From a virus, in IMG/VR virus record IMGVR_UViG_3300023273_000426, positions 1 through 64,000 of that record: a stretch of DNA of 64,000 nucleotides; one strand, 5' to 3'. A program made the position numbers and the translations under genes. A model generated the notes under the pieces. That model had not been told where the DNA came from. It saw nothing but the letters and a program-made list of their open reading frames with translations, and did no database searches. Shown one piece after another: positions 8,592 through 17,523 of this stretch; position 1 is the stretch's first letter, and each line of letters opens with the position of its first letter.

Positions 8592-8863
8592 ACTTGATCC
8601 TTATTACTATCCTTAACAGTATAGTACATTACAAGCAATCTGTCAAGTTGTTTCTTTAATGCAGGATTAGAATCAGCTGTAAGATGCATATCTTGCCATT
8701 CACTCCAACTAAACATATCTCCAGTTGCTCTACTAACAGCATCTGGGTCGCCGCCAACTATCCATCTTGCTATTTCATTGAGTGGAGGATCTCTATAGCG
8801 GGCATACAAAACACCGTTTGCCCGCTCATAGATTAACGCTTGTCCCGGAATCAACTTAGCCAA
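8588..8863 (-). CDS. Hypothetical protein
   Basis: 91-aa ORF tightly packed in the operon. Confidence 0.65.
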   Translation of the reverse strand: MAKLIPGQALIYERANGVLYARYRDPPLNEIARWIVGGDPDAVSRATGDMFSWSEWQDMHLTADSNPALKKQLDRLLVMYYTVKDSNKDQV

Positions 8864-8865
8864 GA

Positions 8866-9114
8866 TTACTTGTCCATTAACTCTGCTTTGCGCTTCTCGA
8901 TAGCTGCAAGGCGTTGAGCTTCTGCTTCAATGTCAGCAGAATCTTTTTCTGATTTTGCTGTTCCGTCGCGACCCATAACTACCAAAATGATTGCTGTGAT
9001 CAACGGTGAGATGAGTAGTGCAACTACAAACCAAAGCCATCCATTGCGTCCCCAGTTGTTAGCCCAATAGCCTACTAGTGCTGAAAACACTACTGCCATT
9101 AAAATAATATCCAT
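8866..9114 (-). CDS. Small membrane protein with two hydrophobic helices and a charged tail
   Basis: IILMAVVFSALVGYWA...GRNGWLWFVVALLISPLITAIILVVMG. Confidence 0.75.
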   Translation of the reverse strand: MDIILMAVVFSALVGYWANNWGRNGWLWFVVALLISPLITAIILVVMGRDGTAKSEKDSADIEAEAQRLAAIEKRKAELMDK

Positions 9115-9115
9115 T

Positions 9116-9478
9116 TTACTTCTTTCCTTTTACTTCGGTGCCGCTAGTACGACGAACAATGTCATCGTGATTAAATTCAGCCCAGTACAGTTCAAAAGCG
9201 ACACCGTCTTCTAGTCCTTCGAACTGATGAATTTTACCGGGCTTGACTTGTGTAAAGTCGCCTGCGTTTAGAATAGTTTCATCAACTAAGCCTTGATCAT
9301 CTTGCCACACACGAACAATCATCTGTCCTGACTCTACATAAAAGCCATTCCATTTAAATCTATGTTCGTGCTCCGAACATTTGTAACCTTTGTTGAATTC
9401 AATACGATGAAACTCTAGTACACCGTTTGCATGGATCAACTCTGTGTTGCCCCAAATCTTTCCTGCTTTTATTCCCAT
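9116..9478 (-). CDS. Cupin-domain protein (sugar isomerase-like)
   Basis: KIWG, SEHEHRFKWNGFYVESG and VKPGKIHQF cupin motifs. Confidence 0.8.
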   Translation of the reverse strand: MGIKAGKIWGNTELIHANGVLEFHRIEFNKGYKCSEHEHRFKWNGFYVESGQMIVRVWQDDQGLVDETILNAGDFTQVKPGKIHQFEGLEDGVAFELYWAEFNHDDIVRRTSGTEVKGKK

Positions 9479-10077
9479 TATGCTATATACTCCTTTAATA
9501 TTTCTATTGCCTCGTGCCAGCTAACATATTGTTCTGTTTCAATATCCCAAACTGGTTGAAAGCATACTGTCCATCGTGGCTGGTTTCCTGGATTAAGTGT
9601 ACCATGCAATACACCTGTATTTACAATACTAGGTTTATTTGTATTAGCTCTATGCAATACTGTACAATCTTTTGGTGATGCTGTTAATACTGTAATTTCA
9701 TCATTGTATATTATGCTTTCGTCGCCTTTTGTATTTACACCAGGCTTAACTGTATATTCAAAAGTTTTATCTGCTTTGTACCATATTATTTCGCCATCTT
9801 CAGGTCCCCACGTTTGATTTATCTTTACAAATTCAGTTTCGTAATGATAAAAGTCTGTATGTATTGGTACCTTGCCGCCGTTTGGCGGAGTATAAAAACA
9901 TTCAATCATCAACAACTTCATATCAAACTGTGCTAAGAAATCTACCATATTTTGATCGTAGTGATTGGGCAAATGCTGTTGCATTACAGTTTTTTGATTA
10001 GTATCAAATAGATCTGGTTTTTTAATTTCAAAAGGAAGATCTATATATCTATGATATCTGTTATAAAAGTTTTCCAA
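9478..10077 (-). CDS. Hypothetical protein, possible 2OG-Fe(II)/double-stranded beta-helix enzyme
   Basis: PIHTD (HxD)...VNTGVLHG...RW pattern. Confidence 0.5.
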   Translation of the reverse strand: MENFYNRYHRYIDLPFEIKKPDLFDTNQKTVMQQHLPNHYDQNMVDFLAQFDMKLLMIECFYTPPNGGKVPIHTDFYHYETEFVKINQTWGPEDGEIIWYKADKTFEYTVKPGVNTKGDESIIYNDEITVLTASPKDCTVLHRANTNKPSIVNTGVLHGTLNPGNQPRWTVCFQPVWDIETEQYVSWHEAIEILKEYIA

Positions 10078-10567
10078 AATCTATTATCTCACACTGTCTA
10101 CTTATATCCTTAACAAAAAATGCACATAGAGGATTTTCTCCTTCTGTAATCGGAACACTTAAAAGTTGTCCGTTTTTCATTTTAGGAAAATACCATTTAA
10201 CATCGTTATAGAAATTTACTATCTCAATGCTACCAAATCCTGGCTGAAAACTAGTTAGTGGATTGAACAAAAAAGATTCAAATCCACGTTCATTTAAACT
10301 TGTAATCGGCAATACTTCTAAATCACTGCCGGCTTCACTACATCCAACAGCAATACACCAATCCAATGGCATAGTAACTTGATGTCCATTAATTTCTATA
10401 ACTGCTGCCGGACTATTAAAACTTTCTAAAAAGATTAATGGTACATAAAAGAAATCAGGATCTTGTGGACTACTGTTATCTAACACACTAAATCGCATAG
10501 TGTCGTCTACTTCTTCTGGCAAACTATTTAAGTTAAAACTTTTATTTTCTAATGTAAGTATATTCAT
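10061..10567 (-). CDS. Hypothetical protein, possibly an inactive Hint fold
   Basis: 168-aa beta-rich ORF translationally coupled to the helicase. See findings. Confidence 0.6.
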   Translation of the reverse strand: MNILTLENKSFNLNSLPEEVDDTMRFSVLDNSSPQDPDFFYVPLIFLESFNSPAAVIEINGHQVTMPLDWCIAVGCSEAGSDLEVLPITSLNERGFESFLFNPLTSFQPGFGSIEIVNFYNDVKWYFPKMKNGQLLSVPITEGENPLCAFFVKDISRQCEIIDFGKLL

Positions 10568-12030
10568 TTATTCCAATCTACTTTCTCAATTGTGAATGGA
10601 TACTCTGCTTCTTTGTAAAACTTTTTACGCTGAGTTAGATGTCGCTTCGCAAACTTACACGTACTTGTAAGATCCCATATTTGTACGAAGTCTTTATCTT
10701 TTGCCTTTCTTACGCCTCTACCAATACTTTGTATAACACGCACGAAAGACTTACCAGGCTCAAGGAGAACAAGATTAAAAATACGTGGAATGTTAAGGCC
10801 GACGGCGGCGACTCCATACGTTGCGATAATGACTTCATTAGTTCCTTCGCGAATCGTGTCATATGTTTCCTTTCTGTCTTTGTTCTTAACAGCGCCGCTT
10901 ATAAATGTGCTGCCTGGTATCAGTTCTGCTAGTGCTTCACCTGCACTAATTCTATCTACTAGTATAAGTGTATTGCCTGAGTCTTTTACTGTATTTAATA
11001 GTTTGCCTATATATTCTAAACGTGCTGTATTTGTTGTTAAATATTTTAATTCTTCTTGGTAGCCTGCATGTGCTACTGTATCTATTAGTTGTACTACATT
11101 AACATGACATTGTGATAATACACCTTTGTCTTGTAATTCTTTTGCACTAATATTGCCAATCACTGGACCAAGACTAGCGTGAATACTTTCGAACTCAAAC
11201 TTCTCTTTAGGCACCGTGCCAGTTAGTCCCCAACGTATGGGTGCATTACGTAGGTTGCGAGTAAGCAAGTTCTTAAGAACTTCTGCTTTGGCTTGGTGTA
11301 CTTCGTCGACAATAATAGTGCTTACACCTTCTAAGAATTCGGCCAGTGATAACACTGCGCTTCCGTCCTTATGCTTCTTGTCTAGAATATTCAAACTCTG
11401 CCAAGTGCATATAGTGTGAGTCTTACCTAAGTTCTTCCTGTCTCCGAAGTACACCCCTACATCGAGACCGCAGTTAATATAGTCCTCTTCTGTTTGTTCT
11501 ACTAAGCTCTTGTTAGGAACAATCACAAGACTTCTACCATACGGCTCAGTTATGTGTGACAGCGTTGCTGTAGTAATAGTTTTACCTGCACCAGTAGCAA
11601 TCTGTTGCAAGCTCTGTGGATTGTTTAAAAAGTTGTTGATTGCCTCAACTTGATAATCTCGAAGAATAATGTCTTCGCCTTCTGCAGGATGACCTTCCGG
11701 CCATTGTACGCCTTGGTCTGCCCAATAACTTTCTGTTACTGGAGTAAAGTTTAACTGTATTGGATGTCGTCTGTCTTCAATGTCTACAATCTGTACACGA
11801 TTTTTAGAGAGCACTTCTTGTACAACATCAAGATGATTAACATAACCAGTGCCGCCAATACCAAAAAAAGCAACCTTGCCGTCCCAACGTCCGAGTTTGT
11901 ATTGTGGCATGTGTTTTGCATATGGTACTTCAAACTTTAGTGCATTAGACAGTTTGCGTCTAACGTCTACATCAAGTCCTTCTATCTTAATGTTTACTTC
12001 ATCTTCGATTATCAGTTTACAACTTGCCAC
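10564..12030 (-). CDS. uvsW: UvsW-like SF2 DNA helicase
   Basis: LRDYQ, ATGAGKT, VDEVH, GLTGT, VGLNIP and QSIGRGVR. Probable GTG start at 12030 after GGGAG. Confidence 0.9.
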   Translation of the reverse strand: MASCKLIIEDEVNIKIEGLDVDVRRKLSNALKFEVPYAKHMPQYKLGRWDGKVAFFGIGGTGYVNHLDVVQEVLSKNRVQIVDIEDRRHPIQLNFTPVTESYWADQGVQWPEGHPAEGEDIILRDYQVEAINNFLNNPQSLQQIATGAGKTITTATLSHITEPYGRSLVIVPNKSLVEQTEEDYINCGLDVGVYFGDRKNLGKTHTICTWQSLNILDKKHKDGSAVLSLAEFLEGVSTIIVDEVHQAKAEVLKNLLTRNLRNAPIRWGLTGTVPKEKFEFESIHASLGPVIGNISAKELQDKGVLSQCHVNVVQLIDTVAHAGYQEELKYLTTNTARLEYIGKLLNTVKDSGNTLILVDRISAGEALAELIPGSTFISGAVKNKDRKETYDTIREGTNEVIIATYGVAAVGLNIPRIFNLVLLEPGKSFVRVIQSIGRGVRKAKDKDFVQIWDLTSTCKFAKRHLTQRKKFYKEAEYPFTIEKVDWNK

Positions 12031-13186
12031 TGGCATAACTCCCAAAAAGACCTACATGATTATCATTATATATAATGCAGTCGCAGTTTATATCTACATA
12101 ATACTTTACATTACTACGTGAGCGTATGCTAGATTTACTTAAACAACAAATAGGTAAAAAACTAGAACTCAATAAAGTCTTAGGTAGTTTGTTCTTTTTA
12201 ATATATACTATTTTTGTGTTGTTGTCAACCCAATTATTTAACTTTTGATTTTTTACATATGCATTTAACTCTAAGTTTTTTGTATCACTTGAATCTACTC
12301 TAAACATAACCGATTGCAAACTACTATCAACATATGGTAAAAATGCTTGATGAGCTTCAATAAGTTGTTGATGACAATCATCTTCATCAACTGTAACAAT
12401 CAACGGAAACCGATTGAGTACATTAATACTATTTGCAATATCACTCATTGTCCATGTTTGAGGGTCTGCTGGTACAGACGAACTTGTTCTATAAGCAATC
12501 ATTTCAGTTAAGTCTAGAGAATCAATGTTATCATTTGAATAGCCGTATCTTAATGAACGATCAGCTTGTTGTAAAGGTGTTAGACTTTTTATGTATTCGC
12601 GTTCTGTTGTATCCATTCTGTTTAATACATTTTCAAATGACGAACTATACTTTGATTTATCATCTAATATATTTTTAACTTTGTTAACATATTCAACTAT
12701 TATTTCATCAGTTTTAAAACTACGTTCTTCTAATGCGCTGAGTATTTTAAACGCATTAGTTGGTGTTAGTTTATAAAAGTGTTCGTGCGATCCGCGAACA
12801 TGAAAATATTCTCGATTTGGTATATTTAAACTTTGTATTTTTACTATATCTTTTTTATTAAACGGAAATCTCACCTTGATCCATGTAGAATCTTTCGACG
12901 ATGGTTTGAACCGTGGTCGACCAGGAATACTTTCTCCATCAATAATAATAATATATTTTTCTCTATTAACAGATCTCAACGGCATACGTGTTGGTAAATC
13001 TTCTATAGAAATATTATCCAACTCTGATTCAAATGGTTTTAGCTTTTCTAAAACCAATGCATATTGTCTATCAGTTAATGCAACATCTTTTTGTGTTTGT
13101 TGACATATACTTTCTAAAATAGCACGAGCAGGCGTTTCTATGTTAACTTCGTATAATAGTTTATGGAGTACATTTTCTAAGTTCAT
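12017..13186 (-). CDS. Hypothetical protein, possible HARP-like segment
   Basis: 389-aa AT-rich ORF with its own sigma70 promoter; WIKVRFPFNKKDIVKIQSL segment. Confidence 0.65.
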   Translation of the reverse strand: MNLENVLHKLLYEVNIETPARAILESICQQTQKDVALTDRQYALVLEKLKPFESELDNISIEDLPTRMPLRSVNREKYIIIIDGESIPGRPRFKPSSKDSTWIKVRFPFNKKDIVKIQSLNIPNREYFHVRGSHEHFYKLTPTNAFKILSALEERSFKTDEIIVEYVNKVKNILDDKSKYSSSFENVLNRMDTTEREYIKSLTPLQQADRSLRYGYSNDNIDSLDLTEMIAYRTSSSVPADPQTWTMSDIANSINVLNRFPLIVTVDEDDCHQQLIEAHQAFLPYVDSSLQSVMFRVDSSDTKNLELNAYVKNQKLNNWVDNNTKIVYIKKNKLPKTLLSSSFLPICCLSKSSIRSRSNVKYYVDINCDCIIYNDNHVGLFGSYASGKL

Positions 13187-13192
13187 ACAAAC

Positions 13193-13221
13193 AATATAAC
13201 ATATTACAACCTACTAGTCAA
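13193..13221 (-). promoter_or_regulatory. Sigma70-type promoter (leaderless arrangement)
   Basis: TTGACT-17 nt-TATATT with a TG extension, then 6 nt and ATG 13186. Confidence 0.7.
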
Positions 13222-14049
13222 GTTTTTCAGTGACAATCCTTGAGATATTTCATCAAGAGTATATTCGGTGTGAGCATAATCATTTAGCCATTGCTTACGG
13301 TTTGGCCTCCTTGGATGTTCTATATTTTTAAAATCAGTGTTTGAAACATCATACGCAAGACTGCTTGGCCCAGAAAATACTGGTATGCCAGCTAGTATAG
13401 CCAATGGCCCGGGATTACTACTCCAACTTACAACAGCGTGAACTTTGTTAAATGATAGATTATAATCATCATACGTATTCAATAGTTTTTGAGGCTGATC
13501 TCTATAAACATTTTTATACTGTCTTTCAATGTCCGGCAACGGGCATCTTGGATGTGGTCGAAAAACTATAGGCATATCAGTATATGTTTGTATTTCATCT
13601 ATAGTATTCATCACCCAGTTACTCATACGTGGCATGCCTTGCCACTGTAGGCTTTTATCATGTTGCCCGCATATTAGTATATACTCGCCGTTGTCTCGCC
13701 ACGGCTTTAGAGATAGACCGAGTAGACAACAGCGATCACTGTTATTACTATTAGGCCCAAAGTAAGCATCTCTATTGATGCCATTTAGTCCCACCTTCCA
13801 TGTTGTTCCTCGATTGATTCCACCCACTTCCAATACGATTGTTGGTTTGCCGGTCTGTTGATTTTCATTCCAAATACGTGCGTTAGGAGCCATCCTACCG
13901 TGAAATAATACACTCCATATAACATCAATGCCATTATTACTAGCATTATCGCTACAAGTGTGCCCAAGTGCATTAGCACCTTGTCTAAAAGCATCGAAAA
14001 CAGGGGTTGAATTTTGTGCGCCATATTGTGTCCATAAATTAAAGTTCAT
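13204..14049 (-). CDS. KpsS/KpsC-like (capsule synthesis, GT-B) putative glycosyltransferase 1
   Basis: ILICGQHDKS, VFRPHPR and AVVSWSSNPGPLAILAGIPVF match the Q..D / HP / V.t.nS....A...G.PV pattern. Start ATG 14049. Confidence 0.6.
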   Translation of the reverse strand: MNFNLWTQYGAQNSTPVFDAFRQGANALGHTCSDNASNNGIDVIWSVLFHGRMAPNARIWNENQQTGKPTIVLEVGGINRGTTWKVGLNGINRDAYFGPNSNNSDRCCLLGLSLKPWRDNGEYILICGQHDKSLQWQGMPRMSNWVMNTIDEIQTYTDMPIVFRPHPRCPLPDIERQYKNVYRDQPQKLLNTYDDYNLSFNKVHAVVSWSSNPGPLAILAGIPVFSGPSSLAYDVSNTDFKNIEHPRRPNRKQWLNDYAHTEYTLDEISQGLSLKNLTSRL

Positions 14050-14079
14050 TGTTAAATATCCTAGTACACTATTTAACAA
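14049..14079. promoter_or_regulatory. Inverted repeat TTGTTAAATA-N11-TATTTAACAA carrying a TAAATA late-type motif on each strand
   Basis: Read directly between two divergent glycosyltransferase genes. Confidence 0.6.
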
Positions 14080-14089
14080 GGATTAGCCC

Positions 14090-14908
14090 GTGACAACAAT
14101 TTCTTTTGTATCAACTTTCCACAAGCCTGTATTAGATTTATACGGGCAACGCTTTGTTGACAGTTTTAGTAAAAACATTGATCAACAAATAAAACTTTAT
14201 CTGTATGCAGAAGACTGTGTTCCTGTTACAGATGATCCACGTATACACATTATGGATCATCATGCAACACTTCCAAAACTAGTTGCATTTAAAAACAAAT
14301 GGAAAGATGTGCCTAAAGCAAATGGAAAATGTCCATGGCCTGAAAGGCGTCCAAGAGATCATCATAAAGAGTTTAAATGGAATGCAATACGATTTGCCAA
14401 CAAAGTATATGCAGTATTTGATGCTGCACAACGTTGCGATACAGATTGGCTTGTTTGGCTAGATGCTGATACGTATGTACACTCGCCTGCATTATTAATG
14501 GACTTGCAAAAGTTTACACCCAAACGTGCTTGGATGAGTTATTTAGGCAGAGGAAAGAAGTGGCCCGAGTGCGGGTTTTACGGGCTAAATCTTAAAACAG
14601 ATGCAGCACAAGAGTTTTTAGCAGAGTTTGAACGTGTGTACCAAGATGCTGAAAATGGAATATTCCAAATGGAAGAATGGCATGATAGTTATGTATTTGA
14701 AGAAGTAAGAAAAAAGATACAACACAAACATAGCCGAGTGCCGTTTTTTAACATAAGCGGTGATTTAATAAACGGCGAAGGACACCCAATGATTAACAGT
14801 GATTTAGGAAAATATTTTGATCACTTGAAAGGCGACAGAAAAGAAGTTGGGAAAAGCAACAAACCAAAAGACTTGAAAGTTAAACGCACTGAAAGTTATT
14901 GGCAGTAG
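14090..14908 (+). CDS. GT-A fold glycosyltransferase (nucleotide-diphospho-sugar transferase)
   Basis: AIRFANKVYA, WLVWLDADT (DxD), ECGF, WHDSYVF and HLKG. GTG start after AAGGA. Paralogue of 20506..21258. Confidence 0.75.
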   Translation: MTTISFVSTFHKPVLDLYGQRFVDSFSKNIDQQIKLYLYAEDCVPVTDDPRIHIMDHHATLPKLVAFKNKWKDVPKANGKCPWPERRPRDHHKEFKWNAIRFANKVYAVFDAAQRCDTDWLVWLDADTYVHSPALLMDLQKFTPKRAWMSYLGRGKKWPECGFYGLNLKTDAAQEFLAEFERVYQDAENGIFQMEEWHDSYVFEEVRKKIQHKHSRVPFFNISGDLINGEGHPMINSDLGKYFDHLKGDRKEVGKSNKPKDLKVKRTESYWQ

Positions 14909-15825
14909 TTGCGCATATGCCGCCAACAAGTTCCATTGCGCAGTTCATCAAATTTCCAGTGGAACATACTAATACGTTGTAGCCATGCTTCTCTGTCAAA
15001 CTCTTTTGGGCTTTCTAATCTGTGGAAATCATCATGCGAAACATCACTACACTGACTGTTTGTACTATCGGTTATAAATGAGTGATACCCTTGTATAATA
15101 GGACCTACTACGCTACTACTGTTATGGTTAACCACTGCCCATGCTTTGTGCATGTCTTGTTCCAGCGGTGTGCCAAACTCACTTATTCGTACGCCTCTTA
15201 TTTTTGCCAGTCGAGAAGTACGATGATTTAAATATTGATGTGCCGCTTTGTCGCCTGGGTGTGCTCTAACAACAATGGGCCTGTCGCTGTGTTTTCGAAT
15301 ACGATTAATAGTTTGTATTGCCCATTCTTGCACATCTAGCCCTTTCATGCTCCAACCACCGTTGCGTTGCATCATTAGAACAATAAACTTTCCTTTTTTA
15401 ATAGTAGGTTGTAACTGTATGCCAGTGTCTCTACTAATAATATTCCATCTATTAGGATCAACGTGTGCATCGCAATATTCGCCAGTTGTAGGGAATATTC
15501 CATTAAAACTATATCGTAGATAGCCATGCGGATTAAGTTTATTAGCATATAAAAAAAGATTAGCATCGGCGCAGCAAACATGTTTATTTGTTTTAGCTTG
15601 ATGATTAATAATGTCGTCTCTTAACTTTAAATGAGGAGTAGTTTTTTTATCATATACCCATCCTTGTATAACTCCAACATCAGAGTTTACTAAGTGTTCT
15701 CCATCATGTAGTATACCGGTATCGCCTGCTGCATTAACACCTTGTACAAAATGTTTTAATAACAATGTCTTTTGTTCATTGCTGTTTGCTCTTGGAACAC
15801 TTTTAAGATAACTAACTACTTTCAT
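14896..15825 (-). CDS. KpsS/KpsC-like putative glycosyltransferase 2
   Basis: IVLMMQ, IVVRAHPGD, AWAVVNHNSSSVVGPIIQG and C-terminal FHWKFDELRNG. Confidence 0.6.
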   Translation of the reverse strand: MKVVSYLKSVPRANSNEQKTLLLKHFVQGVNAAGDTGILHDGEHLVNSDVGVIQGWVYDKKTTPHLKLRDDIINHQAKTNKHVCCADANLFLYANKLNPHGYLRYSFNGIFPTTGEYCDAHVDPNRWNIISRDTGIQLQPTIKKGKFIVLMMQRNGGWSMKGLDVQEWAIQTINRIRKHSDRPIVVRAHPGDKAAHQYLNHRTSRLAKIRGVRISEFGTPLEQDMHKAWAVVNHNSSSVVGPIIQGYHSFITDSTNSQCSDVSHDDFHRLESPKEFDREAWLQRISMFHWKFDELRNGTCWRHMRNYCQ

Positions 15826-16624
15826 TTAGTATTTCCCAGGCAATGCCTGTACGCATTTCTTTGGCTGTAAACTGACAATAACTTAGATGTGCAGCAAATG
15901 CAGTCATGTCGACAGGGTTAGGTATATACAAATCATTTATCTGAGATATTTCAGTATTACAAAACATTGTTGCTGAATTTTGTGCTAATGCTATTGCAGG
16001 AACACCGTAAAGTAATGCTTCAGTGGCCGCAATGCTATTATAAGTAACTACGCAATATGCATCCTCCATAGCCTGCTGAATAGTATTTGTACTAGTTCGA
16101 TCGGTACGTGAAGGTTTTAGTCTAACTTCAATATCCATTGATGTATATTTTTTAATCTCTGCTATAGTTTCTTGCATCCATGTATCCAAGTTATATCCAT
16201 TAAATACCATAACTTTTTCACTTGGTGGAACTATTAATATTTTTGATCCAGGGCGATGATTTCTATATCTCCATTTTAATAGACCGAGTCTATCGTGGTC
16301 TCTAGGAATACAAGGTCCAAGATTTTGCATAGCGTTTTTTGTAATTCGATGATAATCTTTTTTGACACCAGCTTGTATATATCCAGTATCAATAGTATAA
16401 AAATCAATATTATGTTGCTGACAGTACCTAATAGCTTTACGACTAGTGCCGCCTATGCCTCTACAAACTAATGGATTGGTAGTGCCTTTCTTAGCGTCCC
16501 ATTCGCCAAGTTTGCCACCGCATCCAATAATAAATGATTCAAGATAAGGATCGTATTCAACACCTTTTTTTGATAAATCAAAATCTTCTGTATCTGGTGC
16601 TATTGCTTGTACTTTTCTGCCCAT
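15812..16624 (-). CDS. KpsS/KpsC-like putative glycosyltransferase 3 (its frame stays open upstream to the A9 tract)
   Basis: IDTGY, VRLKPSR, AYCVVTYNSIAATEALLYGVPAIAL and YCQFTAKEMRTG. SD AAGGA precedes ATG 16624. Confidence 0.65.
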   Translation of the reverse strand: MGRKVQAIAPDTEDFDLSKKGVEYDPYLESFIIGCGGKLGEWDAKKGTTNPLVCRGIGGTSRKAIRYCQQHNIDFYTIDTGYIQAGVKKDYHRITKNAMQNLGPCIPRDHDRLGLLKWRYRNHRPGSKILIVPPSEKVMVFNGYNLDTWMQETIAEIKKYTSMDIEVRLKPSRTDRTSTNTIQQAMEDAYCVVTYNSIAATEALLYGVPAIALAQNSATMFCNTEISQINDLYIPNPVDMTAFAAHLSYCQFTAKEMRTGIAWEILNESS

Positions 16625-16767
16625 ATTATTTTCCTTAACTTCTTTTAATATTTTATCCGGCTGGTATACTACTCTGTCAGGATCAACTATATCCTGTACT
16701 GTTGCATTAAAATAATCAATAAGATATTTTGGATAATCTAAGTCGTCTATTTTTCTATCTCTAAATC

Positions 16768-17523
16768 TTAAATCACCGATCTTTTTTTTTGACTTTCGAT
16801 TATTTCTTCATGCATACGACTTTTTGCATTATACCATTCACTTGCATATTCGCAAGATTCATATTGTTTAAACCAAGGGCCACCTTCTGTGTAGTGTAAA
16901 AACTTTGGAGATCCATCCTCTGGTTCTTTGTACCATCCTACTAACCAGTTCCATTCGTGACTTAGTTCTCCAATTTCTGTATCGTCTAGCCAACTAAATC
17001 TATGAAAGTATGCTCCAGTTTTATGTACATTGTTTACTTGTTCGGCTGTTATACTTGCATTGCTAGGATGCCCACAGTTAATAAGCATCATACTACTCCA
17101 GTTTTTACGTGGATATATATGCTGAACTTGTCCGTCCATTTTTACAGTTTCTTTTGGAGTGTAATCATGTTGAGCGCACATCACAGCATATTTGTCATCA
17201 ACTTGGTCAAACAATAGTTTAACATCTTCGAGAGCAACAAAGTCACAGTCAATAAACAATGCCCAACCTTTATACTCGGTTAAATGCGGAATAAGAAATC
17301 TTGTAAATGTAAATTCTGTACTTGCTAACGCATCTACTGGTCTAGTATATACTTTATGCTTACGAAGTTCTTTTTGCTTCAATGGTATAACTTCAACAGG
17401 AACACTAGCAAGTTGTTCAATACTGCTTTTACACACTTGGTATGCAATATCTTCTCTGCTATCCCAACCTACAAATATTTTTAATGGTTCAATAGGTTGA
17501 TCTATTTTAATCTCTTCGCTCAA
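16768..17523 (-). CDS. GT-A glycosyltransferase (GT8-related, plant CDI-like)
   Basis: IFVGWDSRED, STEFTFTRF, ALFIDCDF (DxD), YPRKNWSS, EWNWLVG and HYTEGGPWF. Confidence 0.85.
   Translation of the reverse strand: MSEEIKIDQPIEPLKIFVGWDSREDIAYQVCKSSIEQLASVPVEVIPLKQKELRKHKVYTRPVDALASTEFTFTRFLIPHLTEYKGWALFIDCDFVALEDVKLLFDQVDDKYAVMCAQHDYTPKETVKMDGQVQHIYPRKNWSSMMLINCGHPSNASITAEQVNNVHKTGAYFHRFSWLDDTEIGELSHEWNWLVGWYKEPEDGSPKFLHYTEGGPWFKQYESCEYASEWYNAKSRMHEEIIESQKKRSVI
16782..16790 (-). other. A9 slippery tract (candidate -1 frameshift or transcriptional slippage site)
   Basis: CAA AAA AAA AGA TCG GTG ATT TAA. The -1 frame (AAG at 16783) is open for 53 codons, directly into ATG 16624. Confidence 0.6.
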
